Positions 37,113 through 50,695 of a DNA stretch of 64,000 nucleotides are shown here, piece by piece. Location: positions 215,140,001 through 215,204,000 of the forward strand of contig OX597814.1 of the NCBI GenBank assembly GCA_951406725.2, in the 5' to 3' direction. Both the position numbers and the translations under genes were made by a program. Every line of letters begins with the position of its first letter. Position 1 is the first letter of the stretch. A model generated the notes under the pieces. That model was given only the letters and a program-made list of their open reading frames with translations, made no database searches and was not told the origin of the DNA. The DNA is from Octopus vulgaris (Eukaryota).

Positions 37113-39181
37113 AGTAGCATGGTTTGCTAGCTGGCTGCAGATACCTGTCTAGACTTTGTAAACATATATAATTTCAGTGAAGTAAATTCACTGATCACAA
37201 AAAGGAGAAATAGAAGCGTTTGAGTGTTGGATAAAATGCCTCTACCTGTTTCGTTACAGTCTTTTACATCTTATAACAAATCATGCTTCGGTCAACTATA
37301 CCTTTCAGTCTATCGTGAATCGCTGGAAATAAAGAACCAGTCAAGTACTGGGGTTGATATAATCGAGTAACGCTTTACCCAAAATTTCCGGCCTTATGCC
37401 TTTACTAGAAATAATAATATTAATCAGGCATTGTGAGTAGGAGAATCGGTAAAGCGTCATGTATTTAGTTACTTTCATTAGCTTTTGAGTTTAAATCCCC
37501 GTAAAATAAAACTCACCTTTCCGTTAAGTATTGGGGTTGATTTACTTGATTCTTCTCTCTTCCGTAATTTTTGGTACTGTGCAAGAGATCATTGTTATTT
37601 TTATTAGTATTCTTAAAAGCTTATCATAAATCTCACTCTAAGAAATTTTTTAAAAGGTTTCGCTGAATGACCGTTCTTTCCTGGTAGGCGTTAACATTTA
37701 AACAAAATAAATAACGATTCTCACCCCCACTCCTAGCTGGAATGTTGTATATGGTTGAAATTCCTAGGTTTTGATTCAAACTAAAGCAGTTTCTTCGATG
37801 CTATCTCTTATACGTTCACGTGTCCTTATTTCATTGTATTTGAAGTAGTGTTCTCAAAATGTATATTTAGTTTACTATATCGTTTTAGCGTTGGTTCACT
37901 CCTACATTGTATAAAAGTGCACCGGGTGAAAACATTTTCAATATGTTTTCTATTCTTTGCTTTAGTATCAAATGACAGAACGTAGGCATTTCCAAGTGAA
38001 GATATGTTAAATTGTTTTTCGCCCACACTTTGATTCCGGCCTTGGCAGATACTTACAACAGTTTGAAATATAAACAACCTTTCCAAAGTATCTATAAATA
38101 TCTCTTCCTTGTATTCATTCTTTTTTCTTACTTCCTTCTACACTCATTTAGTTTATATGTACTCGCTACATCGGTTACAAATGGATTATTTTAATCTATC
38201 TGAAACTCTAAAAATTAATATTATGTTACTTAATGAGGAGTTCGATTGTATGAGATCTTTTATAATCAAAATCTGGTATCTTCAATGATAAATTCTGCCT
38301 CGTTAATTTTTTCTGACAATAACTGACATTATTTTAATTATCATTTAAAAATTTTCTGTTTCAAAATCGAATTTTCAGTTTGAAATTTAAACTTAGAAGT
38401 TCCCATAAAATGAGATCAGGAAGTGTTAAACAGAAATTATAATGCAAACGTAGATCTAGAATAATATTAAAATTTAAAAACTATTTATTGCTTCAAGTTA
38501 CATTTTTTTGTAAAGTGAATTTTAATTTGTTTCAATTTGATTTGCAACTTGTAGTGTTTTTTTTTTATTTTTCATCTCAGTTTAAACTGCATATTTATCA
38601 GAAAACAGCTCAGTATTATAAATCTGTAATTTCAAACCGAAAACAATGTAAATAAAATACAATTTAAAAGTTTGAAATCAAAATTCCAATCTTGTCTTCC
38701 ATAAAGTGTATGATAAATAGATACAAATAATGTCATGCGTAGAGAAAGGACTCCAGAGACCGCCATGTTGCTTCAATGAACACAAATGCAGTAAAATTCT
38801 GTAAAAATAGTTTCAATTATAATAAAAGGTAGAACTTTGGGAATCAAAATAAATAACGTGCACTGGTTCGTGGGGATGTGGTCCCTTAATGTAACATCGC
38901 ATACACACATACTCACTTATCGTGATTAGAAAACATGTTAATGTGTTTATATATCATTCTATTTTATATGTTTAATATATTGTTTTATTTTCACACACAC
39001 TCACTCGCGCACACGCACACAACAACATATTTGTTTAGATTATTGTAGGCACATAAATGCGAATATCGAATTCCCAGTTTCTTGTGCTTATCACTTTTTC
39101 AATATTCCCCAGAATTTGTTCATCTCTTTTCTGATTAAATTTTGTCTTTCAGAGAGGTCTTCTATTCTTAGAAAATATCTA

Positions 39182-39580
39182 TCTTTATATATAAAAGTGA
39201 AGTTGTGTGTCTGTCTCCTCCGATTTAGATTCCTAACTACTCCCACATTTTGCGGTGCAGTTTAACTAAAAGTGGGTATCTTATAGTCGTGATTCATATC
39301 GAGCCCTTCTGGGTATTAGCGCGCGTCTACGATGAGTCTACGATTTAAAAAAAAAATTACCATCATTTTTTCCCATTTGTAATGAATTTTTCTGCTATTA
39401 TATAAGGGAAGTAACTCTCTAAAAATGTATTATTAAATCTCAGAAGGTAAAAAGCTACAGTAATACCCCCTCCTCTTTGTGGTTAGCCATATTGAGATGG
39501 CTATTATACTTTACATCTCTAAAAATGCTTATATAGTTATTTCCCTTACAAACCCGAGCAACGCCGGGCGATACTGCTAG
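39182..39580 (+). mobile_element. Non-autonomous Helitron with captured segment
   Basis: Same termini and 5' body as 31620-32016, with about 90 bp of different sequence between two ctctaaaaatg repeats. Confidence 0.9.
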
Positions 39581-40419
39581 TCCATTATGAATCTGTTATA
39601 ATTTTTGAAGTCGTCTATATCATATTTTCCCTATTTCAGCATCGTATTGTTTTCTCCCTTTTCCTTTATCTTGCTGTCTTTTAACCCCTTTTCTTGTTTT
39701 TTTTTTCTATTAATATTTCTTGTACGTATTTAAAAATATCCTTTTTCATTTTGCTTTTGGAAATTCTTTCATTCTTTTCTTTTTAATCTTAAAAGTGTGA
39801 GATGAGATATCGCATAGTGATATCAAATGTCATATTGTTCCTATATACCTAAATTTAGGGAGTAGGCACCAGGTTTATTTAGGAAAGTTAACTGCTATGC
39901 GAGTATCTGCTATTTAGTTGGGGATTTGTGCTTTGTTTGCTTAATGCTACAACTAACATAATGCACCAGCTCTTATGCAAAAAGGCAATTCCATGCAATG
40001 GAGTAAATACCACCGCTCTAATACTAGATTAAACCCTGAGTTTTATACTGGAGTAAATTACTAGTTTTCTGCTGGGGTGGATCATGGGACGTAAATTGGA
40101 GTTAGATATCAGTTTCATGCTGGAACTAATGACCAGTATTACAGTGAGATCAAGCACTGACCGTATACAATAATCTAGAAGTGGCCGTGAGCAGGAAAGC
40201 AGCACCGGCTTCTTAAAGCCATTCACTGATCCAAATAATCGTGCAGTACTAGTCCTATACTCGGGTCAGAAATTTTTCCATAATAAAGTCGACTACAGAT
40301 CGTATACCAGAGCCAAGAACTGGATTATGGCACCAGCCTTGTATGAGTGTTCTTTAACAAAGAAAAGAGACTAAAACCCGAACACCTTCGGGTGTCGTAA
40401 TTTATATATATACACTTCT

Positions 40420-40622
40420 TTTTAGTTGTTTCTGTCATTTGACTGCAGCCATGCTGGATCACCACCTTAAAGGGTTTTAGCCGAAGAATTCGACCACAGG
40501 ACTTATTCTTTGTAAGCCTAGTACTTATTCTATCAGTCGCTTTTGCTGAATCGTTAAGTTATGGGGGTGTAAACACACCAATATCGGTTGTCAGGCGATG
40601 GTGGTGGGTGATGAACACAGAC

Positions 40623-40672
<50 letters not shown>

Positions 40673-41143
40673 AGGGGAAAATAAGTTCAAATAGAGAGCA
40701 ATTCAAACTTTTTGAGAGGTCCAAAAAGAGCGAAGAATGATTTCCAAAAAAGATTTATGATATTCATAAAAAACAGCCAGAGCAAGTAATAAGAATATGA
40801 AAATAGTACTTGAAAAATATCGTTATAGGTATAAATATACCATAAACATTTATGGAAAAGTGGAGGAGAAAAAATATTGAATCAAAATTAGATTTAATAC
40901 AAAATAGAAGTCAATACATACGCGCGTTTCAAAGGACAATACACACATGTAAGAAAAAATTATTTAACCATTGTAATGATTAAGTTTATGCATTGTCATT
41001 TTCAATGACAGGCTTCGTTCAATTTCTGTCTACCAAATCCATTTGACCGACCCGAGGTTATAAGAGAAGACACTTCCCCAAGGTGAACCCGAAACTATGT
41101 GGTTGGGAAGCAAGCTTCTTACCACACAGTTACGCTTGTGCCT
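40420..41143 (-). mobile_element. SINE family C split at its (TA)n by an insert of about 335 bp
   Basis: 3' half at 40420-40626, (TA)n, insert at about 40670-41005, 5' half resuming at atgacaggcttc. Confidence 0.85.
40916..41008 (-). ncRNA. Degenerate type I hammerhead motif, U3:A8 core
   Basis: ca-TTGAAAA-t-gacaatgca..tgtattgtc-cttt-GAAA-cgcgcg-TA-tg; extra bases before GAAA and short stem I. Confidence 0.4.
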
Positions 41144-41847
41144 ATATAATATATTAACTTTAAGTCTAACTGGTTTTCTATCTATCTATCATCTTTCCAA
41201 TATTTTATGGTATTTTTTTCGATACGTAAGAATTACCTTCATATAAAATCAAGCTTTCATCTAGAGAAAAGGGGGTAGTTTTACTAGTTAGTAAAGCGTT
41301 AGAGAGGCAGAACTGCTGAGCACTCACCTGAATACCCCACAATACTTAATATCATTTTCTTAAGCACAGGGGTTATACGCTCCCAGGGTCTATGTTGTGC
41401 GTGATTCATTTACTTTCCATACTGCATCCCCCATCGCTAATATTATTCCCTCGCCTTGTATTCGTCTTCTGTCTTGAATTCTTGTTAGTATTTCCCTTTA
41501 TAGAGGGAAATAGGAAGCCAGATACACACACATATACGTATACACACATATATGCATATATGCACACGCGCGCGCGCAAAATGCATGGAATAACTCAACT
41601 TATAGACACATAGTCGCTCTTTCGTCTTAGCAAACGGTGCACACATATGCAGGCGCAAACACAGACAAACAAGATGCATGTGTGCATGTGTGTGCGATGC
41701 GGATGTGTGAAACTGAATCAAATTGTTATTAAATAGTTATGTATACACACACACACACACACACACACATACACATTTTAAAGTTTGTCAAGTTATATAT
41801 AAAGCAATTTAACATAAAAAGATAGGTTAACATGAAAGTGAAGGATT

Positions 41848-42062
41848 ACTCTTTACTCTTTTACTCTTTTACTTGTGTCAGTCACGTGACTGTAGCCATG
41901 CTGGAGCACCGCCTTTAGTCGAGCAAATCGACTCCGGACTTATTCTTTGTAAGCCTAGTACTTATTCTATCGGTCCCTTTTGCCGAACCGCTATGTGACG
42001 GGGACGTAAACACACCACCATCGGTTGTCAAGCGATGTTGGGGGAATAAACACAGACACACA
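41848..42062 (-). mobile_element. SINE family C, 3' part, inside a composite flanked by a 44-bp direct repeat
   Basis: Direct repeat at 41807-41850 / 42223-42266 with 2 mismatches. Confidence 0.85.
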
Positions 42063-42547
42063 ATTATCTACACCTCTCTTACAAATATCATAAGGGTACA
42101 GAAATTGTGTCTATATAGCCATATGGATACGACGATCTCCTGAGTTTCTAAAAAGTCTACCAGTAACACCCACTCCAAGTGGTTAGCCATATTGAGATGG
42201 CTAGTATACTTGCCGGTGCCACATTTAACATAAAAAGACAGGTTAACATGAAAGTGAAGGACTACTTAATGTTTTTTTAGCAGAGTATATGTTCATTACA
42301 CTTTTACAAAAAAAAAAAAAAAAGATTGACAGTGACTTCGAAGTTATGGTTTACTCGTCTTCGGTAGACTGCACTTCACTTGGTTTCTGCTTGTCTCAAT
42401 ATATTCCTTAGCAACGTAACATTTTTGGATAGGTAGATCTATGTGGAACGATAATAAGGTGCAGTGATAACTTGGTGTGATGTTGCTAGATGGGGAGAAT
42501 AGTTGTGCATGAAGACGAGACTGAGGATGAGAGGAAAGTACGTTTCT

Positions 42548-42931
42548 GGAAGCACTCCGTCGGTTACGACGATGAGGGTTCCGGTTGATCCGAATCAACG
42601 GAACAGCCTGCTCGTGAAATTAACGTGCAAGTGGCTGAGCACTCCACAGACACGTGTACCCTTAACGTAGTTCTCGGGGATATTCAGCGTGACACAGAGA
42701 GTGACAAGGCCGGCCCTTTGAAATACAGGTACAACAGAAACAGGAAGTAAGAGTGAAAGAAGGTTGTGGTGAAAGAGTACAGCAGGGATCACCACCATCC
42801 TCTGCCGGAGCCTCGTGGAGCTTTTAGGTGTTTTCGGTCAATAAACACTCACAACGCCCGGTCTGGGAATCGAAACCGCGATCCTATGACCGCGAGTCCG
42901 CTGCCCTAACCACTGGGCCATTGTGCCTCCA
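42548..42931 (-). mobile_element. SINE family B, tail type 1
   Basis: TSD aagtacgtttct. Confidence 0.92.
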
Positions 42932-43207
42932 CTAAGTACGTTTCTATGGTGTAGGTTGATAGAAATTTATTATGAGGAGATTTTATTTGGTTTGATGTAG
43001 TTTTTATTAATTAGACTTCAGTTAAGCATGAAAGAAACAGTGTAATGAGGTGTGTCAGATTCATGTCAGGACATTCTTTATATAAGCTGAATTTTGTGTT
43101 TTGGGGTTACGAAAGAATTTTTGTAGATAAATTAGTTGCTCACACTGTATATGTAGACGGTTAAATTGGTGTTGGATTTAGTAGATTTCTATTAAGAAAT
43201 TTTAAAC

Positions 43208-43630
43208 AGGCGCAGGAGTGGCTGTGTGGTGAGTTGCTTGCTAACCAACCACATGGTTCCGGGTTCAGTCCCGCTGCGTGGCATCTTGGGCAAGTGTCTT
43301 CTGCTATAGCCCCGGGCCGACCAAAGCCTTGTGAGTGGATTTGGTAGACGGAAACTGAAAGAAGCCTGTCGTATATATGTATATATATATATGTATGTGT
43401 GTGTTTGTGTGTTTGTGTTTGTTCCCCTAGCATTGCTTGACAACCGATGCTGGTGTGTTTACGTCCCCGTCACTTAGCGGTTCGGCAAAAGAGACCGATA
43501 GAATAAGTACTGGACTTACAAAGAATAAGCCCCGGGGTCGATTTGCTCGACTAAAGGCGGTGCTCCAGCATGGCCGCAGTCAAATGACTGAAACAAGTAA
43601 AAAGAGTAAAAAAAATAAGAGTAAAGAGTT
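43208..43630 (+). mobile_element. SINE family C, full length
   Basis: tRNA-like head ggcgcaggagtggctgtgtggt..gggttcagtcc, cttgggcaagt, internal microsatellite, aaagagt tail. Confidence 0.93.
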
Positions 43631-44192
43631 ATTTTGGGAAGGTTGAAATTAAAGGAATATGTTAGCATAAATATTTATTGGAGTTTTGTAGTCTGTTTCT
43701 AGCGGGCTTGTATTTATATTATATTATTGTAGTGGTATGTATATACCTAATCCTAAAATCTTACTTATGTATCCAGATGAATGCATAAAGTTGATGCATC
43801 TTTCCATGGGTATATCCAACTATAAGATGCATATGCATAAACAATATACAGATTAATAGTACATAAATATAGCTATACAAATGCATATCGACATCTATAC
43901 ATAGAAAATAATCAGAAATACAACCCTTACAGCCCTGTGACCCCACTAAGCTCCATGCGATTCTAAGAAATTGTAGTCTATTCTTAGTCACTCTGCTACA
44001 ATAACAACATGAATTTCTTCCAGCTTCTTACTCTGTTAAAATATTAAAAAAAAAATTAATGTGTCCTACTTGTCATAAAATTCTATATTTTGTGCAGCTG
44101 AAGATAGCACTACATTTAAATTGATGTAATTATTGCATTGTTCAATTAAATGGAGTCGTTTGAAAAGGTCGTACTGCATTACTACTTGATAT

Positions 44193-44348
44193 CGAACCCA
44201 ATACGCAACTGGTACTTAATTTATCGACCTCGAAAGGATGAAAGACAAAGACGACCTCGGCAGAATTTTAACTCAGAACGTAAAGACAGACGAAATATCG
44301 CTAAGCATTTCGCCCGGTGTGCAAACGTTTCTGCTAGCTCGCCGCCTT
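44193..44348 (-). mobile_element. SINE family A, partial
   Basis: Head and core match. Confidence 0.85.
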
Positions 44349-44364
44349 CGCTCTGACAGATATT

Positions 44365-44635
44365 GCTATATTCCAAGTTGTCGATAGAATGGTTCTATCT
44401 GGTACGTACAACCCCCCAGTCGTAACAGTATTATAATGCTCAAAAGGTTGGATCAATATAACGTCCACTCAATATCACAGTATGATTACTAAATCAGCAC
44501 AGACACGACTCCCAGCACAGTCTACACGTACTCTCGACCTTCTGACCTTCTCTTGCCGACCAACTACTGGTCTATTTATAATGGCTCTCTGCTACCACTT
44601 TTTACCTGTATGGTGTGCAGTTTCACTATACATAA
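44365..44635 (-). mobile_element. Candidate 3' LTR of the adjacent gypsy remnant
   Basis: Lies downstream of the integrase fragment; a purine-rich stretch then TG, and a TATAAATA box on the minus strand. No second LTR in the window. Confidence 0.3.
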
Positions 44636-44698
44636 TCTTCCTTTAATTTTTATTAACAATCAATTTCATTTATTCCCCCTATACTATAATATATATAA

Positions 44699-44754
<56 letters not shown>

Positions 44755-44756
<2 letters not shown>

Positions 44757-45950
44757 TCTTATATACTAAATATCTTCTCTTCTTAGGGTCTACATTCAGG
44801 AATTCAGTGTTCTTCATTTTCCTTGTACGTATGGTTTCGACTTCTTGTAACGGTGTTCGAACCTGAAAAGTGTCATATAGCCAATCCTTCGGTATTTCTA
44901 TTCTTGTTGGTTCCTTTTCTACAACTCTTTCCTTAAGCTGATTTCTATGTCTCCTTTCCATACCATTTCTGCTTCTTACACCATACATCATTATTCCTAT
45001 GTATGTTACAATTTCTCCGTCTTCCCAGTATTGCTTGCCATTTTTGTACATTCTTACACATACCTTATCATCGATTCTAAAGAATTTTGGCAAGTCATTG
45101 CTAGTACATATTTTTCTCTTCACTGCTAACAGTCTATCGAATCTTACTTTACCTTTTTGGCAAACATTAATTCTGCAGGTGAACTTCCTCCTGGCGCATT
45201 TGAGTTCGGAGTTACTCTGCATATCTTTAAGAATTGTTGGATCGTGACCTCATCCGTGGCTTCCTTATTAGCTTTATTTAAAGCTCTCTTAAAAGTGTCC
45301 ACGAACCATTCGATCTAGGGTGATACGGTGTTATAATTTTATTTTCTAAGTTGAACATCTCGCAGAATCTTTTAAACTCACAGGACACAAATTGTGTTCC
45401 GTTATCAGAGGCAATTATATCCGGTACACCAAATCTTGCGAACAGCTCATGTAAGAAGTTTATTACCGTATACGAGGTTGGTCATTTACAACTCACGACC
45501 TCAGACCATTTTATGTAGCTGTCCACTACTATTAAGTAATAATATCCATTTACCGGGCCTGCAAAATCGATATGCAATCGGGACCATGGTATTTTCACTT
45601 CTGGCCAAGGTTCACATCTCGTAGTAGGTAGTTTCGCTGTCAGAGCACATTCCTTGCAGCCTTTTACCAGGTTTTTGACTTCCTTGTCCATGCTTGACCA
45701 GTATACGAAACTTCGTATCAGCGCTTTCATTCTAGAAATGCCTGGAATTTCCACATGAAACTCTTTTAGCATTCTCTTTTGTAACGTCTATGGTATGACC
45801 ACCCTCTGGGCGTACATTACTACACCATCAAATACAGTGTACACGTTCACATCTTGGCGGTTCTTTGCATCAGACCTTATTTTTATTCCTTTTGTAGACC
45901 ACAGTTTTCTTTTCGTCTCATTGATAAATTTGTCATTTCTCAGGTACTGC
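44755..45950 (-). pseudogene. Ty3/gypsy (K02A2.6-like) integrase remnant
   Basis: H..IPGISRMKALIRSFVYW..MDKEV..LVKGCKEC (zinc-binding), PWSRLHIDFAGPVNG..YLIVVDSY.KW (rve core), then a C-terminal SH3-like segment (RH.NQL). Frameshifted. Confidence 0.92.
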
Positions 45951-46385
45951 AATAGTTTGGGATTCAAAGGTCCGCAGAGAATTAATATCTGTAAGATTTA
46001 CCATGGAGCGGGTGTAGATCTTTTAATGTAGCATCTTCACCTTCTGCTGCCCAAGATCTCAGATGAAGCTACACTACGACAAGAAACTCAAACGAAGACA
46101 ACAGTATCAAACTCCCTCATTCACGAAAATCCAATTATGTTGGAATGGTCATTGGAAAGGTAATAATACTGGCAATGCTTCTGCATGGCAACAGCCTTTA
46201 CGCTGAAGAGCATAAAAGTATAAAAGAATGAAAAAGAATATTCAGAGTCAGTTAAGTAATTGGTAGACGAGGATAATCAATAAAAAATATTAAATCAAAA
46301 TGGCTATGGTGGAATTGTTCCCAGTGCATAGTTAATAGGTGGAGAAATGCTGAATTATTCTCATATTAATGAGAAGTGAAAGATA

Positions 46386-46600
46386 AGGCCGGCGAGCTGG
46401 CAGAATCGTTTGTACGCCGGGTAAAGCGCTTAGCGGTATTTCGTCCGTCTTTACGTTCTAAGTTCAAATTCCGCTGTGGTCGACTTCGCTTTTCATCCTT
46501 TCGGGGTCGATAAAATGAATAGCAGTTGAGCACTGGGGTCGATATAATCGACTTACTTCTTCCCCAAAATGACTGGCTTCGTGCCAAAATTTGAAACCAA
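46386..46600 (+). mobile_element. SINE family A, older
   Basis: Head and core match. Confidence 0.8.
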
Positions 46601-47513
46601 TATGAGGTGATAAATAGGCAACAATTGCTTGTACGTAATATGGGTGCATATTGAAGCATTTTAATGGACGTGTTATTTGTTCTACTTTTTAATCTTTTCG
46701 TTTCATAGCCTAAGCTTAATTTCAATTTTTGTTCCATTGGTTATTACCATATTCATTTCATTGTTGAATTACCTGTCTAAAACTTGTATCAAAGTATATA
46801 TGTATATCAAGCTAGCTCTATTAAATTTATGTTACTGCATCTAATTTGTACACATACAGTTAAATTACCATTTCTAACTCAACTGATTTCTTTCTTATAT
46901 TTCACCCAACAATTATTCCACGCTCTCCAGTCTTGCCCAACTCCTTATTCACACTTTTAGTCCTCTCTCGTAATTATACTTTATCGCTATGTAATCCGCA
47001 TTATATGTACATTATGATAATTCGTACCTTTATGAAAAATACATTAAATTTCACACTCTTCCCTTTAATCTGATGTTATATTTTATATTCATATCTTTCT
47101 CTTTATGCATCGACTGTAATACAATTTTTTTTTTATCTGCATCTGCTACTATTTCAGTCTTGTAATATATTTCTATAATCATTGTAAGATCTATTTTCTA
47201 AAGTTAAATCATTTGCATTGTTGCTATATTACAATATATATTACACTATATTCAGCTTCATTTTCGTTGGATGTGATGTATGTCATATTTATGTTAATTC
47301 TTAGATTTAATTCTACTGCATCATTATATATCAAATTGCTCAGTTACAACTTGTACTTTTAACACACACATAAACATTGGCACAATCATCAAACAATAAA
47401 ACTGCTTTTGTGTGGAAAATAACAAGGACAGTTCTAACAAATGTATTAATTCCTCGGCCGTCTTCAACAAATGTGTTTACACAAGCATACACTCACGTAT
47501 AAGTATATGCGTA

Positions 47514-47572
<59 letters not shown>

Positions 47573-47819
47573 CAAATACATATATATATATATTTTTGTT
47601 GTTATAAAGCACTTGTTGTTTTCATAATCTTCTGTATATATTCATTATTGTTTTTTGTTTTTATATTCTTTTGTGCCGATTTAGCATTCGATCTTCTTCG
47701 ATCACAGTTTTTTCTAATGTGTTAGTTTTCTGACTACTTCAAGATTATCGAATACTACGTATATATATATATACGTTCTTTTGTGTATTTTTCACTACTA
47801 TATATATATATATATATAT

Positions 47820-47869
<50 letters not shown>

Positions 47870-47870
<1 letters not shown>

Positions 47871-48895
47871 GTGAGAATTTACAGAAAAACGAAGACAGGT
47901 GTGTAAACAACAAATAGATGTATTAGTTTAACGCTCGGGAGTGAGAAAGTCTTTTACGTTTCGAGCCTATGCTCTTCGACAGAAAGGAACACAGAAATAA
48001 ACGGGGAGAGAACATAGAAATGGTTTAGTTTCTAGCGATCTATCATGGCGAATGCCGGACAGAGGGGTCACACAGGAGAGCTAGGAAGAAGGGGAGATAA
48101 TAAAGTAGTGGTGATCCCAAAACGAAGGTGAGCGTGCGTATGTATGTGAGATCGTGTATGTGCGTGTGAGAGGGGACTGGTGACCTTGACGTGTGCGTGT
48201 GTGCATGTGTAGGTGTGTGGATGATGGTGTAGGTGCTGGAAAGGGGTCAGTGCTAATGTGTGCGCTGGTGTGGGTGCTGGGAAGTGGTCATTGGAGAGGT
48301 AGGGTGGTGCGGTAGTAGGTGAGGGGAAATGGGGGACGGGTGACGGCGGGGCGGGTATGGGGGGAGAGAGCAGATGCACGGTCCACAGAAGTGCTCTGGC
48401 AAGGGCGGTGTGGATAGTGGTGAGGGGATATCCATGTAGGATGAAGTGGCGAGCCATGAGTTGAGACTGAGTCTCAAAGTCATGGTTGTCACTGCAGAGC
48501 TTGCGTAGACGGAGGAATTGGGAATAGGGAATGGAGAGCTTTGTGTGTTTAGGGTGGGTGGAGGAGAAGTTGATGTATGAGTGTGAGTCTGTGTGTTTGT
48601 AGTGGATAGAGGTGGTGTGGGTGGAGTGATGAATGCTGACTGAAATGTCGCGAAAGGTGACTGAAGTGTCGGAAATAGTGAGAGGAGAAGTGGAGGGCAG
48701 GATGGAAAGATTTGACAAAAGAGAGGAAGGAGTCTAGATGTTCGCGGGAAAGTGAGGTCGCACCGATACAGTCGACAATATAACGACTGTATAGTTCAGG
48801 AGTGGGACCATTGAAACTTGAGAATATTTGGGCCTCAACGTAGCCAACGAACAGGTTCGCATAGTTGGGGCCCATTCTCGTTCCTATGACCACTC
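47870..48895 (-). mobile_element. 5'-truncated Penelope-like retroelement: RT C-terminal half plus pseudo-LTR, ending in (TA)n
   Basis: GTRMGPNYANLFVGYVE..RYIVDC, FRDISVSI..TSIHYKHTDSHSYINFSSTHPKHTKLSIPYSQFLRLRKLCS..GYP are typical PLE RT/thumb motifs. Frameshifted; GIY-YIG region not seen. Confidence 0.9.
47951..47986 (-). ncRNA. Minimal type I hammerhead in the PLE pseudo-LTR (core CUGUCGA)
   Basis: cttt-CTGTCGA-a-gagc-atag-gctc-GAAA-cg-TA-aaag. Confidence 0.65.
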
Positions 48896-49229
48896 CCGAG
48901 ATCTACTGGTAAAAATCACCCGCAAACGTGAATTCCATAGAGAAGAAGTAGATGCGGATATAAAGCTTATTCCAAAAGATAGTATTGAGCAACAGCTGGT
49001 TTTAAACAGAGTTAAACGGTCAAAAGAACTAAAACAATTTTCTGAATGAACTCTGGTAAGGCCAAAACAATAATCACGCCTACACAGAAGCATTCGCATA
49101 TCTAAATACATACAAAGACACATACATAAATATACACACGAAATACACATAAATGTATGCATAAGAATACATAAACAAATGTACCTATAAATACATTTAC
49201 ATGTAGGTGAATGTGTGTGTATATATGCA

Positions 49230-49446
49230 CAAGGGAGTGCTGCAAAGGTCCTTGCTTGGAATAAAAGAAAACACAAGAGGATCAATTAATTGTGATTTTA
49301 TTTGACATATTCCCCTCTCAGATTCGCACACTTATTGCAGCAGTCCTTCAGTTTTTCTAAGCCCTGTAAAAGAATTCGGAAGGTTGGGCCTCCAGCCAGG
49401 CCTTCCGTGATTCCCTTAAAGCCAGGAACTTTTCAGCATCCCCTCG
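49230..49446 (-). mobile_element. Mariner-derived MITE
   Basis: TIR of the cgagggg(a)tgctgaaaagttcctggcttt type; retains the transposase C-terminus; second copy at 52751. Confidence 0.85.
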
Positions 49447-49582
49447 TATATATGTATACGTACACACATACATTACTGCATAGATGCACACAAATATATA
49501 CATAGTGATATTCTATATAGATACATAGATACATACGTTCAGTTGCATTCCTTCCATACACAACGTATGCATATATAAGACT

Positions 49583-50695
49583 TATATACAGTTATATACA
49601 CACATATATAGAATTATATACAGTTATATACACACATATATAGAATTATATACAGTTATATACACACATATATAGAATTATATGCAGTTATATACACACA
49701 TATATAGAATTATATACAGTTATATACACACATATATAGAATTATATACAGTTATATACACTCATATATAGAATTATATACAGTTATATATACACATATA
49801 TAGAATTATATACAGTTATATACACTCATATATAGAATTATATACAGTTATATACACACATATATAGAATTATATACAGTTATATACACACATATATAGA
49901 ATTATATACAGTTATATACACACATATATATAATTATATACAGTTATATACACACATATATAGAATTATATACAGTTATATACACACATATATAGAATTA
50001 TATACAGTTATATACACACATATATAGAATTATATGCAGTTATATACACACATATATAGAAGTATATACAGTTATATACACACATATATAGAATTATATA
50101 CAGTTATATACACACATATATAGACTTATATACAGTTATATACACACATATATAGAATTATATACAGTTATATACACACATATATAGAATTATATACAGT
50201 TATATACACACATATATAGAATTACATACAGTTATATACACACATATATAGAATTATATACAGTTATATACACACATATATAGAATTATATGCAGTTATA
50301 TACACACATATATATAGTATTATATATACAGTTATATACACTCATATATAGAATTATATACAGTTATATACACACATATATATAATTATATACAGTTATA
50401 TACACACATATATAGAATTATATACAGTTATATACACACATATATAGAATTATATACAGTTATATACACACATATATAGAATTATATACAGTTATATATA
50501 CACATATATAGAATTATATACAGTTATATACACTCATATATAGAATTATATACAGTTATATACACACATATATAGAATTATATACAGTTATATACACACA
50601 TATATAGAATTATATACAGTTATATACACACATATATAGAATTATATACAGTTATATACACACATATATAGAATTATATACAGTTATATACACAC
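49583..50695. repeat. 32-bp minisatellite, about 35 copies (tatatacagttatatacacacatatatagaat)
   Basis: Visible directly; homogeneous with a few recurring variants. Confidence 0.97.

Noticed and set aside
38700-38888. Kolobok-like terminus ...gtggtcccTTAA
   Set aside because: No matching opposite terminus found in the window.
49583-50695. CRISPR-like array with 32-bp period
   Set aside because: Head-to-tail repeats with no unique spacers and no cas genes; eukaryotic context.
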